64,000 nucleotides of DNA, taken from positions 38,812,001 through 38,876,000 of the forward strand of contig JAGIQG010000012.1 in assembly GCA_024679065.1 (NCBI GenBank). Direction: 5' to 3'. The stretch is from Sphyrna mokarran (taxonomy: Eukaryota). The notes beneath the pieces were generated by a model. That model searched no databases and was not told the origin of the DNA. It saw nothing but the letters and a program-made list of their open reading frames with translations. Positions within the stretch are counted from its first letter, which is position 1, and each line of letters begins with the position of its first letter. Of this stretch, positions 50,003 to 63,920 are shown one piece after another. Position numbers and translations under genes: made by a program.

Positions 50003-50310
50003 ACTAGCATTTATATTGCACCTTTGAACTTTTAGAAAACCATCTACATCACTGGAGCATTCTCAAACAAAATTTTATACAAAAGTGAGGTATTAGGACA
50101 GATGGCCAAAAGCAAGAGTTGAGTTTTAGGAGTGTCTATAAAGTTTCGAGTAAAATAAGAAATGGAAAGATTTAGGAAGGAAATTCAAGGGCTTTCAAAT
50201 GAAGTTACGGCTGTCAGTGATGAAGTGATTAAATTGTGTGCTCAACAGGCCAGATTGGAAGAACACAGGTATCCAAGAGTGTTGTAAAGTTGGAGGAAGT
50301 TAGAGATGTA
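50003..50310 (-). mobile_element. L2-like 3' end remnant
   Basis: GCATTTATATTGCACCTTT and GGAAGGAAATTCAAG resemble the reverse complement of L2 3' ends. Confidence 0.5.
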
Positions 50311-52724
50311 TGTCCTTACTCGAGTGCTTAAACTATTTGCTTTTTCCCCTTTTTTTGTGAAACGGATTGTTGGTGATTTTGCAGTAACAACTCTTAGCAT
50401 TGATGATGAGGTTAGTTTTCATTAAAGTATCTTTCATGCTTTCTGTGGTTGCAGATTTTGCTTTCTGTAAGTCTCTTTAGATATGTTACATATTTGTTGA
50501 GTTGGTAGAAAGAATCATTGTTATTGCTTATTTGTAAACATGGAGATCAAAAAGAGGGAAGAGGTCTGGTTGCTCCAACATTTGGACTTGAACCATTGTG
50601 TAACAGTTTTATTCAGCCTTGACAGATATGTTGGCATGTCAGCCCATTGGTGAGTGAATTTGACTGCCCATCTTGGAGTTTGCTGATTTGTGAGTTTCAG
50701 CATGGTTCTGGGACAGGAGGTGAAATCCCAATAGGGTAGTGGGATTTCAAAGAGTGAATCTGAAAGGTAAACAAATTGTGAGGAAGTTTAGTTCCTTTCG
50801 ACCATTTGGAGGATTATTATCAGAGTAAGTCTCATTCTGAACCACAGGGATTCTATGATTCTGGATTTAAAATTGTAATCTTTGCTGTCTTCTACAATAG
50901 AATACCTCCAGGTTTCAGGTCCTGAACTATTACTGAAATTGCTAACATTAATGCTTGTGCTGAGTGGATTCATTCAGCGATATTACTGCTGTAGCTAATG
51001 TGCGTCAAGGTACATCTTTTGAGGAACAACTGGAGAGTGAGATAGAGAGAGGGAGGATGGAATTTCAATGAAATTGGCAATTCTAGATTGTATAAATGGA
51101 ATGTTCAGTGAGTGAAACAAAAGGCATTGAATAATACATTCAGCTATATCAAATCATGATGAAAATATTACAGCTTTGTGGTACATTTTAGATTCCAAAC
51201 TGTGCCTAGGGAAGATATCCCAGGTTGTTTAGATGGCACATTTTGGCCGGCATGTATGTTAATTGCCCAGCTGAAGATCTGAAATCTACTTTAGTGCTTG
51301 TTTTGTTAGCTTAACATCAGCTGTTTCCTGTAGAACAGGATCTGAATGACTGGGTCCAGTGTGTGCACAGCATTGTGGCGTGCCAATACCTGCTGGCACA
51401 ATGACAGATTTCTTATTTAATTTGTAATTGATTAAACTATTTAACAAATTGATTTTAGAATCTGCTTTTAAACCCAGACTGTTCTAAATCAGCTATAGTC
51501 TTCATTAAGTAATGTAGATTTGTTTTACATACTGCAGTAAGGAGGAACTTTGACATATGGCACCACAGATTGGAAGGGGAGCTGATGATGGCAGTATTAG
51601 TTGTGGTGGAGATGATCTCTGAGTTCCTAATCCCAGTCTGATCTCTGTGACAAGATCTTGAAAGTTATCTAATTTTCTTTCTCCTAGTTCTCACCTGAAG
51701 GTGCTGACTGGTGCAAAGAAGCTGTCATTCATTTAGTTCCTTGCCCAAGTGGTAGCTGTCAAGATGTTAGCTGAGAAAGTACATGGCTGCAGCCTATTCC
51801 ACTGTGGGGAGAATTGCAACTCAGAAAAGTTAAGGTCATTTGTAGAAATTTACATCATTTGCATCAATGTTTTCAGATAACTTTGCAGACCAAGAATCAG
51901 AGCTGAAATTTGCTTCATGTTTGTGATTTATTGCAACAATATGTGGTGGATCCACCCATTGAGAAACCAATATATCATGTGCTTTTTTAAGATTGGTTTC
52001 AATGATTCTTGAATACTTAAGTTATAATTGTGTTGAATTTATGCACCTGTATAGGAGGGAATGGGGATAGAAAATATAACTAGATATTTTTGATGTTAAA
52101 ATGTGCACTGTCATTTCTTTTTACTTTTCCCTTATACATTATGTAGATTGGGGATCATGCAGGCAGTGCCAAATAGTATACAATCTTTAATTGTCTATTC
52201 ATTCTTGCACTATAGCCCAGTACCAATAATTAATTGTAAGGCATATGTGTGCAACTGAAATGAACCTCATTTGCTCGCCAGCACTCATGATTTTCCTTAA
52301 GAATAAATGGGCCAGAATCATGGCCTCTAAACTCAATATGGAAAGAGTTCCAAGTTTTTGCAGTACACTAATCAATGCAGCTTGAACCAGGGACTTGCAT
52401 TTTCTAACCCTGAAATTATTTCTTAGAAAGATGGACGTAATTTCAATTGTCTGGGAATTACATATGATGTACACTGATTACAATGGTACATTTTGCTGTT
52501 AACCTGAGACACTATATCTTCAGCACTCCCAATGTTGGTTGGATCCAAAGTTTCAGAACATTGAGAAGCAGTTCATGTACTCCATCTAAATACCCATTAA
52601 AATAAGGAAGGATTTGATTTTGTTTTTGTTGTGTAATTTGGAAATTTTTTGGAATGATTCTAATTAAAATAACTTGGCAGCAAAAAGGAAACAAAATCAT
52701 GACGGGATAATGAAAAAAAACCAT

Positions 52725-52852
52725 GGGGTGCATTTTCTCGTTCTGCCCACCATGGGAATCGTAGTGGGCGAAGGGTGGACCATGGAAAGGTCCATTGACC
52801 TCAGGTGGGATTTTCTGATTTTTGGGTTGAGCGTAGGTGGAAAATCCTGCCC
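52725..52852. mobile_element. Short MITE (Harbinger-like ends)
   Basis: GGGGTGCATTTTC and GGAAAATCCTGCCC are imperfect TIRs; inverted copy at 63921-64000. Confidence 0.6.
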
Positions 52853-53167
52853 ACAGTCTTTCTACAGTGTCATGAAATGAAAAAATGCTTGGAAATGTCT
52901 TGAAGTATTTTTCTTGCTTTGCATTGCAATATGTGTATATGAAAGTGTTAAAGTGGCATGAATTGATTACTATCTTTAGCAGTTGTCATGAAGTTGGCTT
53001 AGTTACTGTATGTTCCTTGTAGACAAAGAGGATGCCCGTATTTCCCACCCTTACACCTGCGATTGGGAAACCTATTGTGGCGAAAGATACTGGTACTTGA
53101 AGCATTTTTGTGAATCTGCATCTGATGATCTTGAGGACATTGGAGGGGGGACAAAACCCATTTTATG

Positions 53168-53245
53168 ATGATTGAATTGCATCCCTGCCAAAACTGAGCA
53201 GGTACATATATGTGTTAAGTTTTGGCAGAGATGCAATTCAATCAT
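53168..53245. repeat. Near-perfect inverted repeat, 28-bp arms with 22-nt spacer
   Basis: ATGATTGAATTGCATCCCTGCCAAAACT and AGTTTTGGCAGAGATGCAATTCAATCAT differ from perfect complementarity at one position. Confidence 0.95.
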
Positions 53246-56200
53246 TGAGTTTTTTTTTCAAATCTGTGTGGTCTGTAATGGAAGTTTTACTCACCAGTTG
53301 GTTAATAGTGATTGTATGTAGTAAGTATTCTTTGTTGCTTCCTAGTTAATATTTGCCACCTAGTTATGTTTCTTTATTCATAATGTTAGATTTTCCAATA
53401 AGGAACTTTTATTTTTCTTGAAATGAAATCTTATTTTTGTTTAACTTGTGGATAATGCAAATCTATTGTTCTGTAGATGTTTTTCTGACCAACTAGAATT
53501 AGTGTTAAATTTTACACTTAGAATAGGTTCTGGCTCCACTGCTGGACCTTGCCACTGTCTCAAAATGTTTTCACTGCAGCAGAAGTTCTGCATCTTTTCC
53601 TGTTGCTTAGAGTCTTTAACCTACAATACAACATGATTCTTCCATTTCTTAGTATTTTCATACTCGTGCACCAAGTGCTTTCTATAAATGTCGAATGTTG
53701 ATTGGAAAGCTATTTCAATTGAGTTTCTGGTGGCAAATGTGAAGTGTTCATTTTTTATGATCATGGTTTGACCTCCCATTTGGCAAAGGAACTGTTGGGT
53801 GAAATTTATTTTTCCCTGTTTTCTTTTGTCTATTTGTATTATGGGCAGAAAATACTCCAGATATTAAAACTATCGGTTCTCATTGGCTAAATGATTTCCT
53901 TGGTGGAACCTGGGGGAGAAACATAATTGTTTATTCTAAAGAAAGGGATTGAAGTGTGGATGTGATGTGTGGATACTTTTTGCATAATCAGGAAGAAAGA
54001 ATCAGTGAACATAAAAGCCAGAAGTCTTAAATGTAATTTGAAGGGAAACTCCAGACATGATTCATGAAATATGTCCCAACATTCTGAGTAATAACTGCTA
54101 ATTCAACAAGGGTTTAGGATCTGAAATTGGTGCCAAGGTTGGGGTTCACAAAAATGGTCTATGGCATTCCTCTGGCAACTGAATAACTGTTGCACTTTGA
54201 TGTACAGATTGCTTATTATCACAAGTTTTGTGCATGTGATATATAGTGAATATTTAAGGCTATGATTGGAAATTCTATCCAAACCCTATTATGGTGAGCA
54301 TTGTGTTGTAGTTAGCATTGTTTTATCTGGTTTCTGTGTAGAAGCCATAAATGCTGTGTGCTCTGTTGTATGTCATAGTATAAAGCAGACAGCTGTACTG
54401 AGGAGCTACTGTAAAATATTTTCTGGCAGCAGATAAAGCAGAAAACCTGCTTGTCTGGCTACTGCTACAATGTCACCAGTGTGCTCAGCACCATGGGAGA
54501 GTTTTAATCCAAACCTCCTGAAACGTCTGCCTGTGTTACCAAGAACAATATTGCCAGAGGCACCTGCTTTACTTGAGCTGACTAAAGTTCAGATCTAAAC
54601 ATTATTTTAACTTTGCCTGCCATTTTCGTTCAGCACGTAACGTGATTAGCCCTCTCTGAAGGGAAAGGTGAGGACTTGTGGCCATTTAGGCTTAATTTAA
54701 AACTTGTTTTCTTTTTCCAGTTTTCTTTCCTGGTGGCAGATACTTTTACTGGGAATGACTCATAAAGCCCTTAAGTGCCTTGCCCAAGTGACCATTCCTT
54801 AAACAGAAGTTTAAATGTTGAGTCTTAACTGGCTAAATCCTATTCGTGGGTTACCAGAATCAAACCCAATTCTCTGTCTTGCAAACATACATTTGCTGGT
54901 TAGCCACCAGTTTGGGAACCTTGCCTCATTATGCTTTTCCCCTTCATAGACCTTGTAATGTAATGGGCTATTACATTAATTGACACTACCTGTCTGGCAT
55001 GTGTGGAGCTAGCTCAACATATACCAGGAACTTTTTCCTTTGGGTGGCAGAGTACTTTTTCACATAGCCTCTCTACCCAGTAAGTCATGCCAGGAAACTA
55101 TTGTGAACTGTTTTCACAATGTGTGTATAGGGACAGATTTTTCTCCTCTTCACATGCAGCAGGGTGAATGTGGGCGCCAAGGAGTGGTTGGGGTTCAAAT
55201 TCAGCCCACTTCCTGCAGATCACAGTTTGAATTGTGTTTGCACTTCCAGATGAGGCGGTTGAAACAAAAAGGCTCATGATCCCCAGAGGTCTTAAAAAAT
55301 GTGCATGGGTCAGTGTTTCAAATTAATGTGTCTTCTCTGCACTGATGATACCTAATGGATTTGTAGTTTCTGTTAGCTGGAGTGAAAAATCTATTCCTCA
55401 TTAGGCCAAGTGTTTTTAATGCAATGTGACAAATGCAGCATTTTTATCCATTTGCTGCATAGTTTGTTACCTTACATAAAATGATCCACAGGCAATGAAA
55501 ATGGCGATTCCTAATCAGATCGGAGTGATAACAAATTATTTATTTTAACTATTATGGATGTGGGGTTACTTGGATCACATTGGGATCCTACCAGTACAAA
55601 AGTATAATAGAGCAAAGAATAGTTTGTAAGTGTGATGAATGAATGAATAATGGAGCACGCCGTCATAACAATTGTGGCAAATTAGTGACCTCCTTTCATT
55701 CTCCTTAGCTACAAATTTGTTGATTCAAACTGACAAATGTGGAAATTTTCAGTCACAGTTTTAATAAAAGTTTGGACGATGCTCTTTATTACTTAAGACT
55801 GACTGATTTTAGTACATTTATGCTGTATCTGTTCTATCAGAATTCCAAACAAGCCATTCTGAAAATCTTTGTTTTTCCTTTAAATAAAACGTGTTGTGGG
55901 ACATCACTGCAAAAAGAGCAGGCCAAAACATGTTTATACTCATCAATTTGATCATTTAAATTGGTTGACCTCTTCAAGGTAAAACATCAACCTACATAAA
56001 ATATATTAATACCTGCAAGAGTTTTTTTCAGTTGTTTTCTGTTATTATAGTGCTTTTAGTTTTTTCTGACCGATTTTTTTTTTCTGTTTCTTACGTTGAC
56101 ATTTTTTGCTATACTTAGAATGTCAAACCCTTTCAGACGGGAGGTTGCTTTAGAAAACCTGTATACAAGCTGGAAAAGTAAGTACAAATTATTCCCATCC

Positions 56201-58789
56201 CCTGCTTCTTCCATTAATTTACTGTTTTAAACAGAGGCCTAGATTTTTGCAGAGTTGTGGAAACTGTACGATGTATCCAAAATGATGGATAGACCTCTGA
56301 TCTGAAAGTTCTGTCCCTATATCCATTAGAGCCCATTTTCAATAGGAGAATATTGGGGGGAAGTGGTGGAAGGGGCAGGCAGTGACTCTCTTATTAGGGA
56401 AACCAACCTCAGTAGTGCGTATTTAAAATCAGTGCTGGAGTAAGGGCCTTATTCTGCAGCTTGAGAATTATGGCTTTTTTGAATTGATGTAAATGTTATT
56501 GAAGGAGAGCTTAGCATGTAGCATTTAAATGCCCAGCCCATTAAAAATTGGATACTAAACACTGCTTGCCTCTGTTTGAGGGTTGAAAGAAGTCAGTTCT
56601 AGCTGTTTGTTTACATAACCTTAAGTGCTATCATTATTAATACTTCCCAAAATCTAGCATTATCACAACAGAGCGGCTGTACGTTCATAGTTGACAGTTA
56701 AAGAGATTGATAAATTGGGACAATAGTGCATTGAATGGGCTTTTATGAATTACAGTTTATTTATGTACTAGTAAAGTCTGTAATAGATAGAGCTTTAATA
56801 CATCTCAACTTAACATGGCTCCTAAGTCTGCTGATAGTGAATACTGGGTAAGTTGATATAGGGACTATAAAGGGCTATGGGATTAATGGGTGTCATGAGT
56901 TGGCATGGAGGCTATGCAAGGTCATTTGGATAGGAATGTGTTGGCATGAGATGACATGTATGGGCATGGTGCATTAAGGGTGAGAGCTAGAAAACCTAGT
57001 GTTTAAGAAAGCAGTTGGACCAAGTCCCGGAGCACTATGGTGAACCTTTTAACCAACTGTTTTGGCACTGAGCAATTTGCGTAGTCACCTTCAATCTTCC
57101 ACTGGTACCTGATTCCATTTTGCCATTTATGTCATTTTTTTCCTGAGGCAGGTGCAGTGAGTTGTTAAATTTCCTGGCGCTGTGCACCCACTTTAGAAGT
57201 GAAGACCCAGGATATAGAATCTGTCTGGCTCATGCCAATATGGACATGTTGTTGCTCTATTTTAGGATTTGTAAGTCATGTTTCTTTAGTTAAATGGAGG
57301 TAGTGATTGACACCCTATAAGTGATTTAAATGTGCAAGAGATTTTGCTGCCTCTCCAACAGGCTGAAACCTTTATGATTCTATTTCCTATTTTAATGAAA
57401 AGTGAAGCAGCTGGGTCATAGAAGCTATAGTCCCAATGTCGAAGGATTTTTGAGAGTGAATGCAATACTAAATAAGGGCCTATGCCAAAATTCAATCAAA
57501 ATGCCTTCGAGTGTGCAGACTTTTTTGAGAGCTAAAAGGGATGGATGGGATAGTTTTTTCCTTTCGGAATAGATTTATAGGAAGGCCATGAGAATAATTC
57601 TTTGGGGAGAAGTCAGCTATTGTAACCAAGCTGGAGAGGTCAAAATGTAAGGAATATTTGAATTCTCTATGAAAATATACAGAATTGTAGTGTGGCTTCT
57701 GCATTTCTAAAATTTTCTGTTTGTTTTGAGGGGCAGAACATAGTAGTGAGCACTATGTTCCTTTCTGTTGACATACAGCTTTGTCTACTGAGGTTTTTGC
57801 AGGTGTTTGAAATGTGGAAGCAGAAGTGCTTTAAATGGTGGTTTTTGCAGAAACTGGGTAACCAGTTTAGCAGAACTCTGCTCATTTGAATGCTATTCAA
57901 TTAGACCCACCCCCGCAAACCTCCTTTTACACTGTCTTGCATCTCTGGTCTGTCTGATTTTAACATGGTTGTATAATTTCCGCTCAAGAGGATTTTCACA
58001 GTAATTTCATTGCAGAGTTAATGTAAGCCTACTTAGGAGACTAATAAACTTTAAAGTAGTTGTTCACCAGAGACAGACAAACCATTGCAAGTCCTGTTCA
58101 ACTTACACAGGGAACAACGATTGCAGGCAAAGGATAACTCATTACATGACCCAGCTTTGATCTCTCTCTTCTTCTGCCCCCTCTCGACTTGCTCTATCAC
58201 TTCTGCCTCTATCCTTCCGCATCCTCCTGACGTTTTCTGAGAACAATCTCCTAAATGCCTGCCAGGAGAGTGGGGATTTGGTGCTGGACTCTCTTCATGT
58301 GCAGATGCCAAGGAGATCCTTTGCTCTGTGCTATATTTAATTTACTATCTCCCCACCCTCAATTCCATCCCCCGCCCCATTGCAGAGTGATGGCTTGTGT
58401 TATATTATGTACTTCAGAAAGTTAACAGAAAATGCAACAAATAGATCACTGCTACTTTCACTCAATGCAGTGTGAAAGATTCCAACTTATAAATATCGAC
58501 TGTACTGAGAACTCACAAAGGCAACTTTGCATTTAGTCAGAAACTTATCAGATTTGTTAAGGTTAAAGTTGAAGAAAATGTTTGGTTTTATTCCCAACAA
58601 AATGACTACAACATTGATTTCTATTTGCCTCTGGTAATTTTAATTCTCTCTTACATTGCAACCTCGTTATGTAACTGTTTCTTTGCTTCTCTTGCTCTGT
58701 GATAGGTGTGGTTCTGTGTTTATATGGGGCTAGCCATAAAACTATATTCTTAGTTCCTCTATTTTCCTCATACACCATCCCCATTTTCT

Positions 58790-59581
58790 ACAAATTTGAA
58801 GTTATCCACTTTGGTAGCAAAAGCAGGAAGACAGATTATTATGTTAATGGCTATAAATTAAGAGAAGGGAACTGTGCAACGAGACCTGGGTGTCCAAGTA
58901 CTCCAACTGCTGAATGTAAGCATGCAAGTACAGCAGGTGGTAAAGAAGGCAAATGTTGGCCTTTGTAGTGCGAAGATTCGAATACAAGAGCAGGGGTGTC
59001 TTGCTGCAATTCACGGGACCTTGAAGTGGCCACACTTGAAATATTATGTGCAATTTTGATCTCCTTATCTGAGGAAGAATGTTCTTGCTCTTCAGGGAAT
59101 ACAGAAAAGGTTTACCAGACTGAATCCTGGGATGGCAGTACTGACATAAGGATACTTTAAGTCAGTTAGGATTATATTTGCTGGAGTTTAGGAGAACAAG
59201 GGAAATCTCATAGAAGCTTAAAATTTTAACAGGACTATGAAGAGTAGATGTAGGAAGGATGTTCCCAATAGTGGTGGTGTTCAGGACCAGGGATCATAGT
59301 CTAAAGATATGGGATAGACCATGTAGTAATGGGATGAAGAGAAGTTTCTTCACCCAGAAAGTGGCAAGCCTGCAGAATTAGTTACCACAGAAAGCACTTG
59401 AGGCCAAAACACAGTTTTCGAGAAGAGATTAGATGTAGTTCTGGCGGTAAGGGGGAATCAAATGATATGGGGGAAAATGGGATCAAGCTATTGAGTTGGG
59501 TGATCAACTATGATCATAATGAATGGTGGAGCAGGCTTGAAAGGTCAGCTGACCTTTTACAACTACTATTTCTATGTTTCT
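58790..59581 (+). mobile_element. CR1 3' fragment, decayed
   Basis: EVIHFGSK, QRDLGV, QVQQVVKKAN, PHLKYYVQF; TTTCTATGTTTCT tail. Confidence 0.9.
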
Positions 59582-61974
59582 CATCACCATCATTCCCAGA
59601 TTAGAGAGTGCAAATTTCTCAATTTAACAACCAAACAAGAACTGATCTAAGTCATTATATGAAGCCAAAACTGTTCCAGCTGTGATTCAACTATATTTGG
59701 CATGTGTCCAATGCCCAAACAGTTGAACCAACAAGTTATCTGTTGTGGATCTAAGTCTTTCTTTTAAAAACAGGTGATAAATATACCTTTTTTTTGTTCT
59801 TTTGAATTCACAAATGTTGAGAAGCAAATTGGTCGATATCTTCTCCATTCCTTTTTTTATTTTGAATTGTAGATACCTAAGATTAGAATCATGCATTCCT
59901 ACAAAGAATGCCTTGTGTCTGTGATCCTGAGCAATCAGGAATTATGATGTTAGACAATGCTTTCAACATACTCAGACTAGAATAGAATATGTAGTCTTGA
60001 GCAGAATGTATCTGGCTTCCATGGCAACTTTGAGTCATGAGTGTCCAATCCCAAGATACAAATATTTTTATTGAAAATATAATTCATTACGCAAAAAGGA
60101 GGATTATTCTAGTAACTTTGACTTGAGTGACTTTTAATTTTATATTAATTCATAATTGCCCCATGTGTCTTTCTTTCATGTTCAAATCTTTTTATTTTCA
60201 TGCATGGAATAGTTAATAGAGATACTTATTTGCCTCTGTGTACTTTTCTAAAAAAAATTAAGTTCTGTCAGCTCAGTGGGTTTATGGAAGTTTTCATCTG
60301 AGAATGATTTTAGGTCAATAAAATATACTGTGTCCCTGATCAGAGTTCTGTGAAGCCCAAGAGCATGCAAAGCCACTCTATGCAGTACCGGATTTCACCT
60401 TCTCCTTGATGGAGAAATCTGAGGTTAATGTTGTGCTTAATGCTTTGTACAAAGCTCCTTTTTTCCCTATTGTAGTGGAAAAGTTAACCTATTTATTTTT
60501 GAATAACTAAACTCTTTGTTAAAAAAGAGTGAAGGAGAATCCTGTGAATATGTTAAGTGTTCGTTAATATTCACCCTCTGTTATTTAAAGGCCTGGAGAG
60601 AATATTTAGTCCTGATTTCTGAAGGCTTAAAGCACTGCACCTGAACAAGTCTATTTTTAGGTCCAAAGTTGCTTCCTGAATAAATTAATCTGTATTTCAG
60701 CTTTTACTAGCTCCAGTCTTTTGTATGCTCTCAATCAAAGTTTGCATAAAAATGCAGAAAACAAAATTTGTAATGCAAGTTTCACTTGAAGGGGAAAAAA
60801 ATGAAAGCAATATTTTGAGATGAGAAAAAAATACGAAACAAAAAGTCAAATAACAAGAGTGTAATGTTCTGCAGAATAAAGCTGTTGCTGCGTTTTTGTT
60901 GTCCCTTGGCAGTGCTGAGTCCATCTAAATCCACTGCCTCTATTATATGTTTGTATTACCAATGCTTATCATTGCAGTACAAAATAACAAGCACCTGTAT
61001 GCAGTGCTGATTGAAAGATTAAAGGTGGAGACTGCAGATTTAGAAGGGCAGGGAGTGCTGCATGAATTAGTTTGGTTGAAATGTTTGTCCAGCCTGAACT
61101 CATCCCACCCTGATACTGTAGCTGTTGAGTGATTCTAGGTCAGACAGCTGCTTTTGGGCTGCCTTTACAGTAGCTGCAAGTCCCAACAAATCCTTAGCTG
61201 TGGCTGGCCCCTCATGTTGCTGTGAATCTTCTAACCCGTGCTGTATGTGACGAATGGGAATATTTAATTCAAGCTACTGTCTTCCACACCTCTCTCATTA
61301 AAACTAATTGCCTGTCACTTTCCATTGGAAAATGCAGACTTGTGAATGGAATGTACTAAATGCACAGTTACATTTACTGGAAGTAATTTTTTTGTCCCTG
61401 TGTTGTTTCCATTATTGTATTTTACTATATTTTTTCTGAAAGACATTTTTAAAAGAAGTTTTTTTTGAAAGTAATACATTGAACAGCACAGTGATCTGCA
61501 TTCTTGTGGGAAGGTTAACTGACCTCATACCAAATGGGTATATTTAGTCACCTCCAATATAAGCTATTTTGGGATGGCTTCAGGGATTAGACCAAGTGCA
61601 AAATAGGGCTAAACTGTTCATTGTAGTTAGTTGAAGAATTTTATTGAGTTTTTAAAGAAATTCACAAGTTGTTGAACTGTTAAAGTTTGTTAACACAATA
61701 CTTTTCAGTCCCATGTTTAGGGTTGTTAAGAAGATGGTCAATATTTGGAAGACATTATGAATTATGGACAGTCCAGCGGTTTGTTAATATAGCACCATTG
61801 CCATTGGAAGTAATTGCATGAGGGTAGCAGGGAAGAGAATGAAAATATTATTTTATTTGGATGGTATTTTTTCACCCCAAGTAGCTTTTTAGAATAAGGA
61901 ATCATTATTTAGCCTGCATGGCATTCCCAGTCTTTCTAGTTGAGTGTGATGGAGGTAGAGCTGAGACTGAAAGG

Positions 61975-62105
61975 TTTTGTTGGTTAAGGATAATAAGGGA
62001 TATGGAAAATAGATAGGAAAGTAAGTTAGATGTAGACTATAATCAAATTTCTAATTGAATGGTGGAATAGTCTCAGGGAACTGAATGGGCCTACTCCTGA
62101 TTTAT
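61975..62105 (+). mobile_element. CR1-type 3' tail fragment
   Basis: AAGGGATATGG...TTGAATGGTGGA...CTGAATGGGCCTACTCCTG is similar to 59450-59570. Confidence 0.6.
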
Positions 62106-63068
62106 TGTGCCTGTACCTATATTTTCAAAGCTGGGCTTTTTCTTTCTGTTGTGCAAATTTTATTATATTCACATATGAATCATACATATTTTATCTACAT
62201 GTTGCTGTGAGAGTGAGGGCACCAGATGCATCTCCGGATTCAGTTCCCAGGATAGTTTAGTTTCACTTTTGAAGTGGAGAAACAAAATGAAACTCATTTT
62301 TGAAATAAAATTTGCTATTTAAGAGAATTTTAAAAAGCCACATTTCAAAATAGCATTAAGTGCTGTAACTGAGCTACTGTAGATGACATTTAACCCCACG
62401 CTAACATTTTCTTTCAAGAAAGTCCATGTCAAGTCAAAGCAACTACAATTATAGGATAATAGTTTTGACTGAGAAATTGCAGAGTGCATTTGTGGTCTTA
62501 TTGCTGAGGTTAGAAATGCTGCTCAACCACAAAACTCCAGATCTAGCCTTTGTGGAAATTGTATAACTTGATTGGTGTTTTGCTTTCTTCACCAGGGTCC
62601 ATATGTTAATAATCCCTGCTTTACGGTGGCTGTTCAGAATCAGCAAGTGTACCTTCAGAGACCAGCCACCTCATTTAACATTATGGTAGTGCCTATACAA
62701 CCATCATCTTTTCTTTAGCTTGTTAAGAATATTTCTGTAGGGGTGTAAACTAAACAAACAACAAAAAGGAAGTTGAAATAAAATTACAAAGGTAACTATT
62801 CCTATGTTCAATAGTAAAATTCTATGTTCGTCAGCATCCAGCTGTTATATATTCCTGAACAGTATACTCTTTTAGATTTCATAAATCTCTCTGGACTTGC
62901 TATACATTGCGTAGCTGTGACTTTGAGCTTTATATTAACGCAAACAAAGAAGGGGAAAGAGTCAGTGTATTTGTAAATCGCAAAGAAAATGAAATGGAAA
63001 TACCTATACCTGTTCATGTTCTGTATTTAGGACTTAGCTTCAGAAAGTGCAAATTATTAAAAATTTAT

Positions 63069-63264
63069 TTGAGTGTTGTTGAAATAAGAGATTGTAGCTT
63101 TTTGTCTTGCATTCATCAGGACAGCTCACAAGAAATGATCAATTTATTTTGTTATTTGATTGTAATTTTTTAAAACAACTTATGTTGATAGTTTCTTGCA
63201 AGCAGTCCTGATGAGTGCAACATGAAAAACTTGAACAGCATCTTATTTTTTCAGCAATACTCAA
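63069..63264. mobile_element. Penelope-like palindromic element with two degenerate hammerhead cores
   Basis: TTGAGTGTTGTTGAAA...TTGCATTCATCAGGAC is inverted relative to GTCCTGATGAGTGCAA...TTCAGCAATACTCAA. Confidence 0.65.
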
Positions 63265-63920
63265 GTTCCTTTATTACTTTTGAAATCTAAAACCCCTTCC
63301 TTGCTCTTTTTTTAAGAGTTTTCTAATCAAAAATCTACAACCAAAAAAATTAAGATCCTCTTCCATTTGTTGTTAAATATTTATATTGTCATTCGCTTTG
63401 TCCTTTTGATTTCTCAGCAATTCAACTGCCATAAAGGAGGAGGGGGGAGACAGTTGTGAAGCACACTCTGATATAACATCTATGGGGCTGGTATTTAGGT
63501 TTGGAAAAGGTGTGCGAACTCTGTTCTTGAACTATCTGAGCATTGAGATTTAAGAGCAATGCTTACTCTACTGATGTACAAGACCAGGCTGCGTATCATT
63601 GACCTGAAAATAATATTTGGCTAAACAGTGATTGAATGAATGGTGCTTTGGTCTCTTGATTAATGGCCCTTGTTCTTAATGTTTTCATTGGCTGCTTCAG
63701 AACTCATAAATGAAATGCTGGTTAAATAAACTGCGCAATGATAATTGTGATGACATTGACACAGTGATTTTTTTTTTAAAATTGTTTTGATTCTGCAGTA
63801 TGGTTAAAAGCAACACTTCACATCACATCCACTTGGCAATGCTAGTCCCACACACACACAATAATACACATCTGAGAGAGATTTGGAGTACACCAACTTG
63901 GTAAGGGGCTCAGATGATAC

